A stretch of DNA of 18,700 nucleotides from a candidate division WOR-3 bacterium (GTDB lineage Bacteria; Hydrothermota; Tepidihabitantia; Tepidihabitantales; Tepidihabitantaceae): positions 1 through 18,700 of the forward strand of contig CBFGIY010000050.1 in the NCBI GenBank assembly GCA_965648935.1, in the 5' to 3' direction. Both the position numbers and the translations under genes were made by a program. The notes beneath the pieces were generated by a model, which was not told where the DNA came from, searched no databases, and worked only from the letters and a program-made list of their open reading frames with translations. Of the stretch, positions 18,201 through 18,700 are shown piece after piece. Position 1 is the stretch's first letter. Each line of letters starts with the position of its first letter.

Positions 18201-18550
18201 ACTCGGTGACGCCGCTCACCTTCGGACGCCAGGTGCGGTTGGTCCGCAACAGCCGGGCCTGGGTCGCGCCGCTGGAGGACGTCGGTCGGTACCTGCTGCA
18301 GCGCCGAGGTGCCCGGCTGAACTTGCGCCGGACCGACCGATCGGCGACGTTCAGTATCGAGGGCGCGGGCGTCGCGGGGATGCCGCCAACGCCGATGACC
18401 GTCGCGCTCGAAGTGCCGTGGCGCTGGGTGTCGGTCGCGGGCTCAGCCGCCGACGGCGTCTACTCGCCGCACCACGGCCGCCTGCTCGTCGACGCCCTGC
18501 CGGGCAACGAGGTGACCGTCACCCGGCTGGGCGACCAGCCACCCCAATAG
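15227..18550 (+). CDS. Membrane-anchored multidomain enzyme: clan GH-A-like TIM-barrel glycoside hydrolase, beta-sandwich (DOMON/CBM9-like) domain, and CE4 polysaccharide deacetylase
   Basis: N-terminal TM 'YFVIGLLVAGLVALVILLA'. GH motifs 'GANLG', 'GFNVVRAYT', 'GREWEP' (putative acid/base Glu 15908), 'YHVYPYYP', 'IAEFG' (putative nucleophile 16382) and 'FAWLDEWFK'. Middle domain 'VDGETGDW...DEEYCYLRL...VELRIPW'. CE4 motifs 'TFDDG' (17594), 'GHGGCH', 'FHYPY' and 'VLLHH'. Confidence 0.8.
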   Translation: MHGKYFVIGLLVAGLVALVILLARVERRLSRPRVVEVTEPAVPDVDIRATREEIEVAAARARVLFRCNGDEFERLAVTSNTRGEKTEAWQRLFVVGANLGVALPGHYPTEFGAGREDYGRWLEQMGEAGFNVVRAYTILPPEFYEALAQHNFRNSGRPVYLMQGIWAEAPDSFDLLDPSYTRALKAEIRDAVDAIAGRLVREPRPGHASGAWSADVSAFTIGYLFGREWEPEVVEATDTTHRSTRRHSGLMFSVPEGSPTEVWLAGMLDYLCQYEAITYGTQHPVGFVNWLPVDPLYHSSEHSGKGPVYAFDNDFVTLDPMRLHTTPAQRAGQFAAYHVYPYYPDFMFLEPRYREYRNSHGEPDNYAGYVADLKRHHAGVPLLIAEFGVPSSRGNSHHNGLGMDHGGHDESEQARINLAMLRAIHDEGCAGGIVFAWLDEWFKRNWLVDEFAVPADRVRLWHNVQNPEQCYGMVKFGRELVTVDGETGDWPGKPVARGSGAVRALWLSSDEEYCYLRLDLERTPDWGRQSVGIAVDTYDPRLGSSRLGPAGPDCANGVEFLIMLRDTADAEVLVDSGYSVFSDPRESWRRALRTVANREGRFITQRLMCNHVRFTALGESIPPVETEFGRLRWGRSDISSLADWYERNGTVELRIPWALFNVSDPSSHQVLQDDPATDGVESVATNGLALSAFIIEGDEPGGRLVATLPPAKGGKLQFTQRWRWPGWDTPQYTERLKRSYHDFAAGLGQALADSPTRQAKLDRLAGKPAPVVAVRIAPFRGDAPGAVSVTFDDGSYDQYAQAAPVLDRYGFKANFGLVADWTGADADWHAEEDGIPIRRLGIPEAKELLARGHRISGHGGCHDPDLPRLDPARAAQDALNCAAALERALGEPPRAFHYPYSAVSPQLVAAVRAAGFWFGRTAGELHNEPTGFDRYRLNSFAFYNDTLPGLREFVRTIEEGRGKWTVLLHHRILEADSKELEAMERHGVAHTYSVTPLTFGRQVRLVRNSRAWVAPLEDVGRYLLQRRGARLNLRRTDRSATFSIEGAGVAGMPPTPMTVALEVPWRWVSVAGSAADGVYSPHHGRLLVDALPGNEVTVTRLGDQPPQ

Positions 18551-18599
18551 CCAACGCCGCCGGCCACAGCGGCCGGCAACGGCGCGGCGGGCGAAAGGG

Positions 18600-18699
18600 G
18601 GGAGGAAACCCGGGCCTCCCACGTAGCCAACTGCTAGTGCTTTGGTGGTGGGTGCTTACCTGAGGAAGCTGGAGGGCCTGGTTTGTCGGGCTTCTCAGG
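18600..18699. other. Structured region with two inverted repeats at the window edge
   Basis: GGGAGG(18600-18605)-N9-CCTCCC(18615-18620), and CCTGAG(G)AAGC (18659-18669) pairing with GCTTCTCAGG (18690-18699). Confidence 0.4.
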
Positions 18700-18700
18700 C

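Noticed and set aside
1..18700. CRISPR array, tRNA, rRNA, transposase or integrase
   Set aside because: No regularly spaced repeats, cloverleafs or recombinase motifs were seen.

Overview
High-GC bacterial window. A T9SS-like porU/porV pair with a FlgD-type C-terminal domain, canonical sigma70 promoters and an SD site suggest (inference) a non-Bacteroidota FCB-related lineage such as WOR-3. Left to right on the + strand: a 5'-truncated C25/PorU-like peptidase, a PorV-like beta-barrel, purA, hypB and a stand-alone HerA-family ATPase. Converging on these are two sugar ABC permeases and a lower-GC, N-terminally truncated second PorV-like remnant. The right half (9462-18550) is a tightly coupled five-gene operon resembling an uncharacterised synthase-dependent exopolysaccharide system: a lipoprotein with a degenerate CE4 domain, a tandem-Ig lipoprotein, a processive GT2 synthase, a TPR plus beta-barrel export protein, and a membrane-anchored clan GH-A hydrolase fused to an intact CE4 deacetylase. 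A structured region with several hairpins lies at the right edge. All assignments come from motif recognition by eye; no searches were run.
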